Assembly: GCA_965263355.1 (NCBI GenBank)
Contig: CBDHHL010000056.1
Coordinates: forward strand, 800,001-864,000
Source of the DNA: Leptolyngbyaceae cyanobacterium
Lineage (GTDB): Bacteria > Cyanobacteriota > Cyanobacteriia > Phormidesmidales > Phormidesmidaceae
DNA: 64,000 bases
Reading direction: 5' to 3'
The translations under genes and the position numbers were made by a program. Under the pieces are notes generated by a model. It worked only from the letters and a program-made list of their open reading frames with translations, made no database searches and was not told the origin of the DNA. Below, piece after piece: positions 41,457 to 50,900 of the stretch (the stretch's first letter is position 1; each line of letters opens with the position of its first letter).

Positions 41457-43208
41457 GTGCGTTATTTGGCCGAAGTTCAGAGAAAGAGTGGTTTTATGGG
41501 TGGTAGTCGGGCTGAGTTTAAACTCTTGGCCTGTGAGCGCTCAGAGCAGAACTGGAGTGCTGTATCTGGAGATGAATTGGTACCAGCTCCGGATGATGCA
41601 AGCTATGGCGCTGGTGCCCTGATTTTGATTGAGCTTTCTAATGGTCGACAGGTTCAGCGGCATTACGATGCTGGACGTCAGCTGGTTAATATCCTGCAAA
41701 ATTTTTCTAGCCTTAACAAAAAATTTAAGACTCAGGAAGAGGAAATTGAGCAGTGGAAAGAATCCCTGACCTATCAGAGTCAGGCTCTTAATCAGCGTGA
41801 GCTGGAGTTAGATACCCGCGAAGATGAAGTAAAACAAGCGGCGGTCGAGTTATCTCAACTGGAGGAGCAGAAAGAGGAACTAGAGGAGCTGCGATCGCAG
41901 CTGAATGATCAGCGTCAGGATTATGAGCGTCGGAATTCTGAATTGGAGGGTGCTTGGGCCCATCTCAATGGGGAAAGGCAAAAACTGGAAGAGCATCGTG
42001 AGGTAGTGTCGTCTCAAGCAGGGCTAGATTCTACTCAAACTCAGAAACTAAAGGATGCTGTTGATCGATTAATGGCCAACGTAGCCCCCGTGGAGGATTT
42101 GCGTCAGCAACTGGTAAGTACTCGGGAGTCCTTGGGAGAACATCAGGGTATTTTGCAAGGATGGCAGCAATCTGGAACACAGCAGGATGAGCAGCTCCAG
42201 ACTAAGGCCCATGATTTAGACAGGTTTAATCAGTCTTTCCAGCAGCTGCATGAGGCGACTGATTCAGAGCAAACGATGCTCAGGGATTTGTGTATAGAAC
42301 TACAGCAAGCGAAGGTCGAGCTAGCTCAGAAAAAACAGCAAAATCAACTGGTATCTGAGCAGATCAATCAACAAAGTGGAGTGTATCAGCGGGTCTATGA
42401 GCTGCTAAATACCGGTGACCAGGTTCGTCTAGGGAAAAAAATTGATCTAACAAAGCTTGAAGAAATGTCTATTGAAGATCTTGAAGCTTTGTTGGCTGGG
42501 ATGGAGACGGATTTGGAAAAGATGTCTCGCTTTGTGAGTGATCAAGAAGAGGAATTGACGTATCAGCAGCAGGCTATTGATGAGCTGCAGCAAAAGGCAG
42601 ATGCAGCCAGTGAATATGATCGCATGCAGATTGAAGCAGATATTAGTGACGAGCAAGACCGTTACGATATGCTCAACAAGACTCTGGTAGGTCAGCGACG
42701 CACATTGCTTGAACGCGAGGAAGTGCTGAGTCAGCATCGAGCAGTTCTGTTACGACGGCAAGGACAGTCAACGGTCGATAGTCCTGTGGAAAATGCTGCT
42801 GATTTAGAGCCAGTGCTAGAACATATTGATCAAGTACGTCAGCAATTAACTCAGCAGTCAGCGGCCTTGGAACAGCTAATTGCCGAGCTGGAAGAACGGG
42901 CCAACACGCTACAGCAGCGGGTAGATGCTAAGCAGAAAGAGCTTGCTCAGCAGATTTCTAATCTGGAACAGGAGCGCTCAACGCTGGAACAAGCTGTCAA
43001 AGATTGGGCTAGTTTGGAGGGAGCAATCGCAACCCGCAATGATTATCTAGGTCCTGCCAACGAAAAAATGAATGCTGTCCAGCAAATGCTAGATAATGTC
43101 TTTGGTACGCTGGAGCGGTTTCAAGAGGTTAATGATTACCAGCTACAAGCTATTGCAGAGATGCAGCAAACCATTCAAAGCCTCTCAAGCGAGCCAGCTG
43201 CTGCATAG
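41457..43208 (+). CDS. hmpF: Pilus motility coiled-coil protein HmpF
   Basis: YLAEVQRK, EEIEQWKESLTYQSQ.L; long coiled coil; divergent from the hmp operon. Confidence 0.88.
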   Translation: MRYLAEVQRKSGFMGGSRAEFKLLACERSEQNWSAVSGDELVPAPDDASYGAGALILIELSNGRQVQRHYDAGRQLVNILQNFSSLNKKFKTQEEEIEQWKESLTYQSQALNQRELELDTREDEVKQAAVELSQLEEQKEELEELRSQLNDQRQDYERRNSELEGAWAHLNGERQKLEEHREVVSSQAGLDSTQTQKLKDAVDRLMANVAPVEDLRQQLVSTRESLGEHQGILQGWQQSGTQQDEQLQTKAHDLDRFNQSFQQLHEATDSEQTMLRDLCIELQQAKVELAQKKQQNQLVSEQINQQSGVYQRVYELLNTGDQVRLGKKIDLTKLEEMSIEDLEALLAGMETDLEKMSRFVSDQEEELTYQQQAIDELQQKADAASEYDRMQIEADISDEQDRYDMLNKTLVGQRRTLLEREEVLSQHRAVLLRRQGQSTVDSPVENAADLEPVLEHIDQVRQQLTQQSAALEQLIAELEERANTLQQRVDAKQKELAQQISNLEQERSTLEQAVKDWASLEGAIATRNDYLGPANEKMNAVQQMLDNVFGTLERFQEVNDYQLQAIAEMQQTIQSLSSEPAAA

Positions 43209-43238
43209 GTCCTTTTCGCCCGCACCATTTTGAGTTTT

Positions 43239-43442
43239 ATGATTTGGGTAAATGAGCATATAGATCCCTCTGGGATTATTTATTCGGCTATTGCCTGTTG
43301 CGATCGCGCTGCTGCTGAAGACTGTCATGCCACCTTTCAAGCAGCTTTGACTGATGAACAAAAGGAAGCTGGTTGGGTTGCCCGGTTGCGCCAGGTAGAC
43401 TCTTGGGAAGACGTCCCCATCAGTGCACTGAAGCTGTCGTAG
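43239..43442 (+). CDS. Small conserved cyanobacterial hypothetical protein
   Basis: IWVNEHIDPSG..IACCD..GW.ARLR.V.SW..VP..ALKL pattern recalled from cyanobacterial proteins. Confidence 0.7.
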   Translation: MIWVNEHIDPSGIIYSAIACCDRAAAEDCHATFQAALTDEQKEAGWVARLRQVDSWEDVPISALKLS

Positions 43443-43480
43443 GTATGTCAGATTTGCCTACCCTCATGTCCATTTGAGCT

Positions 43481-43669
43481 ATGCAGGAAAATTTTATTAA
43501 ACTTAGTCAGTTTCTAAAGCTCAAGGATTTAGTGCAGTCTGGCGGGGAGGCAAAGCATCTAATTCAGACTGGGCATGTATTGGTAAACAATGAAGTTGAA
43601 CTACGTCGTGGTCGCAAGTTGTATACGGGCGATCAGGTTACGTTTGCAGGTCAAATCTATGAGGTTTAG
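43481..43669 (+). CDS. S4-domain RNA-binding protein (YaaA/YbcJ-like)
   Basis: IKLSQFLK..LVQSGGEAK..VNNEVELRRGRKL. Confidence 0.92.
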   Translation: MQENFIKLSQFLKLKDLVQSGGEAKHLIQTGHVLVNNEVELRRGRKLYTGDQVTFAGQIYEV

Positions 43670-43712
43670 CTAATACCTACCTTGATGCCTAACCAAACTA
43701 AAACTTACATTA

Positions 43713-43768
43713 CCTGCCACTTAAAAGTGACATAGAAAGCTCTTCCTAACGTCACATTAAGGGGCAGG
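43713..43768. terminator. Long imperfect hairpin between convergent genes
   Basis: CCTGCCACTTAA..GTGAC / GTCAC.TTAAGGGGCAGG; no canonical U tract. Confidence 0.45.
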
Positions 43769-43802
43769 CAAAAAAACAATCTAAATAATCATCATCTATA
43801 GC

Positions 43803-44504
43803 CTACTTGCGTATGGGCGCAGATTGAAGATGATGCTTATCGCTGGTTTGATGCATAGCAGAAGGTTCACTATGGCCATTTTTATTAACAGATGCTGTAT
43901 GACCATTTCCATGGTTATGAGCTTCCAGCCGTGGTTGAATCAAACCATAGCCACCGTGATTTCTTTCATACATCACATTAATTTGATCGGTTTCAGTGTT
44001 GTAAAACACGTAAAAATCGTGATCAACTAATTGCAGATTCTCCAATGCTTCCTGAACCGACATCGGAGGCATTGTGAAATATTTTGTTCTAACAACTTCT
44101 TCAGGTAATTGGGGTTGACGCTGCTGCAATAATTCCGATACTTGCAAATTTGCATCCTGTGAACTGGTATCAATTTCCATGGAGCGTACGGAAACATGAT
44201 CGGAACTGCGACGTTTCTCCTTATACTTACGCAGCTGTCGACAGATTTTGTCAGCGACTAAATCAATGCTTGCATAAAGGCTGTCGCTACTTTCTTCGGC
44301 TCGCACCACGGCACGATTTACATATACTGTTACTTCAGCACATTGCCGAGTTGGCATTTTTACCCCACCAGCCACAGACAAACAAACATCAACCTTATTG
44401 ATCATTCGTTGAAAGTGGCTAACTGACTTCTCGATTTTCTGCGAAACATGCTGGCGAATAGCCTCTGTAATTTCAATATTTTTTCCTTGGATAACAAGCT
44501 TCAT
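43803..44504 (-). CDS. hpf: Ribosome hibernation promoting factor (long HPF / LrtA)
   Basis: MKLVIQGKNIEITEAI, LYASIDLVADK..RQLRKYKEK, VVRTKYF. Confidence 0.95.
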   Translation of the reverse strand: MKLVIQGKNIEITEAIRQHVSQKIEKSVSHFQRMINKVDVCLSVAGGVKMPTRQCAEVTVYVNRAVVRAEESSDSLYASIDLVADKICRQLRKYKEKRRSSDHVSVRSMEIDTSSQDANLQVSELLQQRQPQLPEEVVRTKYFTMPPMSVQEALENLQLVDHDFYVFYNTETDQINVMYERNHGGYGLIQPRLEAHNHGNGHTASVNKNGHSEPSAMHQTSDKHHLQSAPIRK

Positions 44505-44890
44505 AAAGCTGCCTCCATCGATAGAAGATATGCAATTAATTTCACAATAACACTTTTATTTAGAGAGGGTTTTTCTCTTTAAAAACATTTTTATCCGTTG
44601 ATAATTCTTTAGAATTACCTATGGGTTGATTTTAATTATCTCGCACACTTTCTAAGTCAAAATTGCTTATGAGGCAAGGATTTTACAGAATTTCAGATAT
44701 ATCTTTGCCCAGGGACATTGGTTTAGGACTCATATTCCTTAATATTTTTTTAAACTATTAGGTTTCACTTCAAAAATCTAAAAACCATTACATTGATGCA
44801 TGCTTATCGTTCGTTTGATATAGCTAAAACTTAGTCAATATATGGTTAGTTAAATTACTTGTACAACTACACAAAGGTGACATTTTTATA

Positions 44891-45568
44891 GTGATTGAAG
44901 ATAGAAAACTTATTGTTCAAGATATGGGATTAGTAGACTACGAATTAGTCTGGCAATATCAAAAAGATGTGGTGGCTAGGCGCAAAAATGCCTTGGTTTC
45001 TGACGATGTCTTGATATTGACCGAACATATGCCGGTATATACCCTAGGTACCGGTTCTCAGGATAGTTTTTTGCATTTTGATATGGCTGATCCAAGGTAT
45101 GAGGTCCACCGAGTAGAACGGGGAGGCGAGGCGACTTACCATTGTCCTGGCCAGTTGGTAGGGTATCCCATTTTAAATTTGGGTAATCATCGCAAGGATC
45201 TGCATTGGTATCTACGTCAACTGGAAGAAGTTGTCATTCGGACCCTTGCTCATTATGCTCTCGTTGGCCAACGCATCAAAGGACTGACAGGGGTATGGGT
45301 TGATGGCCATAAGGTAGCCGCTATTGGCATTAAAGTCAGTCGATGGATCACTATGCATGGTGTTGCCCTTAATGTCTGTCCAGATTTATCAGGATTTAAG
45401 CAGATTATCCCTTGCGGTATTACTGATCGACCGGTGGGGGCAATGGCTCAATTTTTACCGGATATCGCTGTTGCAGCAGTTAAGCCAGTTTTTTTAAAGC
45501 ACTTTGCTGAGGTGTTTAATCTACTGGTCGTATATGCAGATTTACCTGCCACACATTTGCATGATTAA
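44891..45568 (+). CDS. lipB: Lipoyl(octanoyl) transferase
   Basis: EH.PVYTLG, RGGEATYHCPGQLVGYP, KVAAIG, HGVALN, IIPCG. Confidence 0.95.
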   Translation: MIEDRKLIVQDMGLVDYELVWQYQKDVVARRKNALVSDDVLILTEHMPVYTLGTGSQDSFLHFDMADPRYEVHRVERGGEATYHCPGQLVGYPILNLGNHRKDLHWYLRQLEEVVIRTLAHYALVGQRIKGLTGVWVDGHKVAAIGIKVSRWITMHGVALNVCPDLSGFKQIIPCGITDRPVGAMAQFLPDIAVAAVKPVFLKHFAEVFNLLVVYADLPATHLHD

Positions 45569-45779
45569 GCTGGTGATATAAAAGTTTAACTACGGTTTGA
45601 CATACCGCTTTAGACCTATGGCATCAAGTCATGTATGCCCCTACGAGTCCTGACTTGAGTTGCTCTTGCATTGTCCCTGCCAGCTTGAATATCAGGTTCC
45701 CACAGAGTTGAAATAGTCGTTTAGAATAGCGAACCGCATTGCAGGCCCATACAATGGTTAGATAGCGGACATTTGGCCT

Positions 45780-46163
45780 ATGCTCGATCATAGTTTCCCT
45801 GCAGCGAAGCCCCCCAGCGAATTTCACTCAGTTGCTCAGAGCCTAGTTGGATTTGAGCAGAAACCTATTTTCTCATCCTTGGTAAAACCTGTTCAGGAAC
45901 CGTTGCCCCTCAGTTGGCAGGCTCTTGGTCATATCCAGCAACATGAGATTGATGCGCTACTGAAACCTTTGACATTTCATGCTGATCCTCTCATGCCTCT
46001 GCGTCAGCGTGATCAGCATGCTTTGGATGAGGTTTTTAATGATATTCAGGTGGAAGAAGTTTTAGCTGATATCTATCTGCGGCTTAAACAGCTTTATCCA
46101 GAGCCCTGTTGGGAAGATAATCCATTTGATAATCCATTTGATTTTTTAAAAGAATACATGTAA
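45780..46163 (+). CDS. Hypothetical protein
   Basis: 127 aa ATG ORF followed by a strong hairpin; no family recognised. Confidence 0.55.
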   Translation: MLDHSFPAAKPPSEFHSVAQSLVGFEQKPIFSSLVKPVQEPLPLSWQALGHIQQHEIDALLKPLTFHADPLMPLRQRDQHALDEVFNDIQVEEVLADIYLRLKQLYPEPCWEDNPFDNPFDFLKEYM

Positions 46164-46184
46164 TTAAAGTTCTTTGCGCCTAAC

Positions 46185-46230
46185 AAACATCCCAGTTGCT
46201 CTTGCCCTAAGAAGAACAATTGGGATGTTT
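46185..46230. terminator. Probable bidirectional terminator
   Basis: AAACATCCCAGTTGCTCTT / AAGAACAATTGGGATGTTT, 19 bp imperfect stem between convergent genes. Confidence 0.65.
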
Positions 46231-46256
46231 AGTTAATGGTTTAACTAACACCTTGT

Positions 46257-46316
46257 CCACATCCAAAAACTGCAATTTAACTGTAGAGGAGACGACAGGT
46301 TTAAACTTGGACGTGG
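46257..46316 (-). repeat. Dispersed 59-60 bp hairpin repeat, copy 2
   Basis: CCACATCCAA..ACAGGTTTAAACTTGGACGTGG next to the ssb stop. Confidence 0.8.
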
Positions 46317-46317
46317 T

Positions 46318-46761
46318 TTAGAACGGGATTTCGTCGTAGTCGGGAGCGGTGTTTGTCGGTTGATTCGTGGGCGAAGGACTGCCGGTGGCTGAAGGGCCAC
46401 TGTTAAGATTGCCTTCAGCAATAGGAGGAGCCTCGGCCATCATCATAGATTGTAGGTCAGTAATCCGATGTAGGCGCTGGACAGTAATCTCTGCCTGTTT
46501 TTCACGAAATCCTTCAGGCCGGTCGACAGTTTTCATGGTTAAACGGCCTTCGAGCACGACCCGGTCCCCTGGACCATAGCTAGCGTCCTGGATAGTTTGG
46601 GCCAGGTTGCCCCAGCCAATGGCTTTGAACTGAGAGGGACTATCGTCTGGACGTAAACCAGCTATTTTAACTTTGAACTCGGCAATGGGAGTTTGATTAT
46701 CAGAGGTGTAGCGCAGTTGCGGTGTCTCTACAATCTCTGCCATGAGGATGCAATGGTTCAT
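46318..46761 (-). CDS. ssb: Single-stranded DNA-binding protein paralogue
   Basis: OB fold PQLRYT, VVLEGRL; acidic tail DYDEIPF; start overlaps the upstream stop (ATGA). Confidence 0.85.
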   Translation of the reverse strand: MNHCILMAEIVETPQLRYTSDNQTPIAEFKVKIAGLRPDDSPSQFKAIGWGNLAQTIQDASYGPGDRVVLEGRLTMKTVDRPEGFREKQAEITVQRLHRITDLQSMMMAEAPPIAEGNLNSGPSATGSPSPTNQPTNTAPDYDEIPF

Positions 46762-49289
46762 AAAACTTGTTCCTCTCGAATGCCCTGCTCTTTTTCAATA
46801 AAACTTTGAACTCGCTGGCGATAATCCTGCAACCTGGCGTCTACCCAATCACGGTCGGCACTGTTGGCAAAGACATGGACTAACGGGTCACCAGCGTCCG
46901 GTAAAACCAGCACCCAGTTATCGCGGATACGGTCAACTACCTTAACACCGTCTAGCAATTCAAGGGTATCGGCAGGATGACTTTCCACAAGATAACGCAT
47001 GAGCGCTCCTTTGATGGTCCATGGGCATCGCAGGGTTTGTACCCGATGGGAAATGCGGGGCAAGTCACCCCAAATACGTCCTAGGGACTGCTCTTGAATT
47101 GTTAACATTTCGATTAACTTGGCGATGCAAAACATAGCATCAAAACCAGGATGGAGCTGGGGAAAGATAAAGCCCATGTCACCACTGCCACCAAGGACAA
47201 CATTTTTGCTCTCCTGACAGGCTTCCATCAGGGCAGTCGGATTTGCTTTTGTCCGGACTACATTACCGCCATGGCGACGGGCAATCTGCTCAATGGCCCC
47301 AGAAGTATGCACAGGGACCACAACGGTTCCCTGGGGGTGAGCGGTCAGAATCATATGGGTCATTAGGGCTGTAAGCATCTCCCCTCGAATGGGTGAGCCC
47401 ACTTCGTCCATAAGAATCATTTGTTCGCCATTAGCAGCTACCTGTACCCCAAAGGTGGCTTGTAGAGCTTGAACTACCTGGCCCAGCTGACCTAACATAC
47501 CCTCGCGTTCAGGTATGGAGGGTGCGGTTTGGCTAAGGCTGGCATTTAGGACGACGGCATCACAACCAAATTTCCCCAGTAGCCTTGGCAGTACGGCACC
47601 GGAAACAGCATAGGCATAGTCGATGACGACCTTGGACTTACTATGGCGAATCGCTTCAACGTTCAGATGTTTTTCAAATTCGGTTGTGTAAATGTCAACC
47701 AGGTTAGCTGGATAGGCGACTTCGCCAATCTCATGGATTTGGGAACGTCTCAGATTTTCCTTAAAATAAGCGCCTTCAATTTTCTTTTCCTTACCTTTGG
47801 GAATGTCAATGCCGTTTTTATCGAAGAACTCAATCAGAATCTGATCAGCCCGATCAGGGTGGATTCGCACATGGATACCTCCTGCTACATCCAAGGTTGG
47901 CAGGATAGCACGAGCAAGGGGAATCGCGGTTGCTTCTAAATTTTGTACATTGATGCCCACAGACATGAGTCCAGCGATTAGCGATCGCGACACCATTCGC
48001 GAAATACTACGCTGATCGCGAGAAACGGTAACATTAGCCCCTGGTTTCAGAGTGGAACCATAAGCAGCCCCAAGTTTGACCGCAAACTCAGGAGTAATGT
48101 CAACATTGGCCAGACCCGTCACACCGCGTTGACCAAAGAGGTTACGCTGGGCCGTATTACCCCAAATCAGATTGATATTGAGCGTTGCCCCAGATTCAAT
48201 CCGCTTACTGGGCCATACTCTAACGTTGGGACTAATCTGCGCTTCTTCTCCCACAGTAGAGAGTGCGCCCACCACGGCACCTTCGAGGACATGGGCTCGA
48301 CGGTCGGCACGGGTCCCCCGAGCAATGACGCAGGCTCTCAAGTGGGTTTCATCACCGATAATGGCTCCATTCCAAATAATCGGGCGTTTGAGGTCAGCAT
48401 CGCTACCAACGGTAACGTTATCCCCAATAACAGTGCCTGGTTCTAGCGTGACCCGTGCCCCGATGCGACAGTTGTGACCAATTAAAACTGGTGGCTTGAT
48501 GATAGCAGTGGGATCAATATGGGTGTTTTGCCCCACTCGTAACCCTGGGGAAATTTCAGGGTAAGCAAAATCTACGAGAACTTTGCTATTGAGGGCATCG
48601 TATTGAGCCTCACGGTAGGCTTCGAGGTGGCCCACATCACACCAGTAACCGTCTGCTATGTAGCCATACATAGGGTCGCCTTTTTCTAGCAGCATAGGAA
48701 ACAGATCCTTCGAGAAATCCTTTTCTTGATTGGGGGGTAGATAGTCCAGGATCTCGGGTTCTAAAATGTAGGTACCAGTGTTGACCGTGTCTGAAAAAAT
48801 TTCACTGGTGGAAGGCTTTTCCAGAAATCGCTTGATACGTCCTTCTTCGTCAGTAATGACCACACCAAATTCAATGGGGTTAGGGACTCGAGTTAGCACC
48901 AGGGTAGCTTTGGCACCATTCTCTTTATGGAAACGGATGGCCTTGGTCAGGTCAAAGTCCGTAATACTATCGCCACTGATCACTAAGAATGTGTCATCCA
49001 AGAGTTCCGAAATATTTTTGACGCAGCCTGCAGTACCTAAAGGTTGATCTTCCTCCACCGCATAAGTTATTTGCACACCAAAGTCGCGCCCATCCTGGAA
49101 ATAATCGCGCATCACATCGGGTAGATAGTGCAGCGTGGCAATGACCTCCTTGATGTCATGTCGTTTCAGCAGATTGACAATATGTTCTGCAATGGGACGA
49201 TTAAGTACAGGAACCATGGGCTTAGGCAGGTCACAAGTCAGAGGCCGAAGCCGGGTGCCAGAACCACCAGCCATGAGTACTGCCCGCAT
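46758..49289 (-). CDS. Mannose-1-phosphate guanylyltransferase / phosphomannomutase-like fusion
   Basis: MRAVLMAGGSGTRLRPLT..PKPM after a GGAGG RBS; hexapeptide repeats; PGM/PMM-like C-half. Confidence 0.9.
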   Translation of the reverse strand: MRAVLMAGGSGTRLRPLTCDLPKPMVPVLNRPIAEHIVNLLKRHDIKEVIATLHYLPDVMRDYFQDGRDFGVQITYAVEEDQPLGTAGCVKNISELLDDTFLVISGDSITDFDLTKAIRFHKENGAKATLVLTRVPNPIEFGVVITDEEGRIKRFLEKPSTSEIFSDTVNTGTYILEPEILDYLPPNQEKDFSKDLFPMLLEKGDPMYGYIADGYWCDVGHLEAYREAQYDALNSKVLVDFAYPEISPGLRVGQNTHIDPTAIIKPPVLIGHNCRIGARVTLEPGTVIGDNVTVGSDADLKRPIIWNGAIIGDETHLRACVIARGTRADRRAHVLEGAVVGALSTVGEEAQISPNVRVWPSKRIESGATLNINLIWGNTAQRNLFGQRGVTGLANVDITPEFAVKLGAAYGSTLKPGANVTVSRDQRSISRMVSRSLIAGLMSVGINVQNLEATAIPLARAILPTLDVAGGIHVRIHPDRADQILIEFFDKNGIDIPKGKEKKIEGAYFKENLRRSQIHEIGEVAYPANLVDIYTTEFEKHLNVEAIRHSKSKVVIDYAYAVSGAVLPRLLGKFGCDAVVLNASLSQTAPSIPEREGMLGQLGQVVQALQATFGVQVAANGEQMILMDEVGSPIRGEMLTALMTHMILTAHPQGTVVVPVHTSGAIEQIARRHGGNVVRTKANPTALMEACQESKNVVLGGSGDMGFIFPQLHPGFDAMFCIAKLIEMLTIQEQSLGRIWGDLPRISHRVQTLRCPWTIKGALMRYLVESHPADTLELLDGVKVVDRIRDNWVLVLPDAGDPLVHVFANSADRDWVDARLQDYRQRVQSFIEKEQGIREEQVL

Positions 49290-49626
49290 AATTCCTCCTA
49301 TAGGTTTGTGAGAATTCAAACAATTGCTGTTGGGCTTAGTCGTTAATGGCTAACGACGTTAACCTTAGAAATGCATCCACGTATTATCTGCTGCGGGCAA
49401 AGTCATCATTCCTGTTTTAAATGCACTGTTAATTGTACTTGTTTTGTTAAGCTGACCTTCATATTCATTAAGAAGACTTTCAAAATATTTAGCTTACTGG
49501 GATGGACCATAGCTTATCGTGCTCCATGCCCTTTACTATCGGTCTTAGTAACTCTTGTATTTGCAGCTTCATTTCAGACTCAGATAAACTGAGTCACTTG
49601 ATTAAGCTTATTGCGAGGAAAAATCC

Positions 49627-49809
49627 ATGCCAACTTTATTGGGACTACTTTTGCTAGGCGGTTATGGCTATGGTGCTTGGAAATTCTGGACCGGATTTAA
49701 TCGCACTAACTTTAGCAGTGGCAAACTCTACCTAACGCTGTTATGGCCTGTATTTATTATTAGTGCTTCCTATCGTCAGAACTTTACCAAGGCCCTAAAA
49801 GGACGCTAA
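49627..49809 (+). CDS. Small membrane protein
   Basis: GAGG RBS; GAWKFW.GF.RTNF..LWP..SYRQNF.KAL pattern recalled from cyanobacterial small proteins. Confidence 0.75.
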   Translation: MPTLLGLLLLGGYGYGAWKFWTGFNRTNFSSGKLYLTLLWPVFIISASYRQNFTKALKGR

Positions 49810-49828
49810 GGAATGGGGCACGCGCAAC

Positions 49829-49865
49829 AAGTAGGACGCCAGCTAAAGTAGGATGCCAGCTAAAG
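49829..49865. repeat. 17 bp tandem duplication
   Basis: AAGTAGGACGCCAGCTA AAGTAGGATGCCAGCTA AAG. Confidence 0.7.
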
Positions 49866-49890
49866 GTTTACCAGACTTTGACTAAAGGCT

Positions 49891-50634
49891 TTGGCGTCAG
49901 GCTTTGACAGTGAGGTTAAGCCGAATGGGCAGTTGTTGAATCCCTTAGAAACAGGAAAAACAAGCATGGTATTAGGCCAGCTACAAGCAGTTGCTCAAAG
50001 ATTTGATCAAGAGTATCAGGGGAAGCCATTTGAGCTTCCAGACGAAGTCGAAGAGATGGCCGTGTTTAGGGATTGGGTAGCTGGCAGTTTGACACCAAGG
50101 ATTACCAGTAAGTTCTGGGATGTGGTGCGACCAAAGAAGGGGCAGCGCTGTTTAGATATCGGTTGTGGTCTGAGTTTTTTGATTTATCCCTGGAAAGAAT
50201 GGCAGGCGTTTTTTGTGGGTCAGGAAATCAGCAAGGTAGCCCAGGCTGCTCTGAATCAGCGTGGACCTCAGTTAGATTCAAAGCTTTTTAAGGGGGTGCA
50301 ATTGGCTCCTGCCCATAAGTTGGACTATGAACCGGCCACATTTGATTTGGCGATCGCAACTGGCGTGAGTTGCTATTACCCATTGGACTATTGGGAACAG
50401 GTCATGGCAGCCGTAAAACCCTGTTTAAAGCCAGGGGGAAGCTTTGTATTTGATGTGGTTAATCCAGAGGAAGAGCTGGCCGAAAACTGGGCTATTTTAG
50501 AAACTTACTTAGGTGTTGACATTGAACTGGTGGAATTAAAACAATGGCGTGACCTGATCAAACGTATGGGTGCCAAGGTAACGAAGCAGGCCGCTGGTGA
50601 AGTATTCCAGATTTACCGGGTACAGTGGCTTTAG
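49891..50634 (+). CDS. Class I SAM-dependent methyltransferase; start uncertain
   Basis: CLDIGCG, TFDLAIA, LKPGGSFVFD. Confidence 0.85.
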   Translation: MASGFDSEVKPNGQLLNPLETGKTSMVLGQLQAVAQRFDQEYQGKPFELPDEVEEMAVFRDWVAGSLTPRITSKFWDVVRPKKGQRCLDIGCGLSFLIYPWKEWQAFFVGQEISKVAQAALNQRGPQLDSKLFKGVQLAPAHKLDYEPATFDLAIATGVSCYYPLDYWEQVMAAVKPCLKPGGSFVFDVVNPEEELAENWAILETYLGVDIELVELKQWRDLIKRMGAKVTKQAAGEVFQIYRVQWL

Positions 50635-50639
50635 GAGGT

Positions 50640-50679
50640 AATTTTGTAGGGGCGTTCCATGGAACGCCCCTACAAAATT
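50640..50679. repeat. GTAG-type REP-like perfect 40 bp palindrome
   Basis: AATTTTGTAGGGGCGTTCCA/TGGAACGCCCCTACAAAATT. Confidence 0.85.
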
Positions 50680-50900
50680 CACGAAAATACCCTGAAAAAA
50701 ATACCCTTGACGGTTATGTCTGAGGTGCTATCTTAGTGTCTAAAATTTTGCTTCAGCAATTTTGTTTGAAGGCGTATAGTTAACCTTAAATGTTTGGCCT
50801 TAACTTTCTAGTTGCAAAGCGTGACCTTGACCGCTATATTGCCTTCCATTCGCTAGTATTTTCTAACTAACCGCTCAATTGCTCTTACCCGTCGGCCCTA

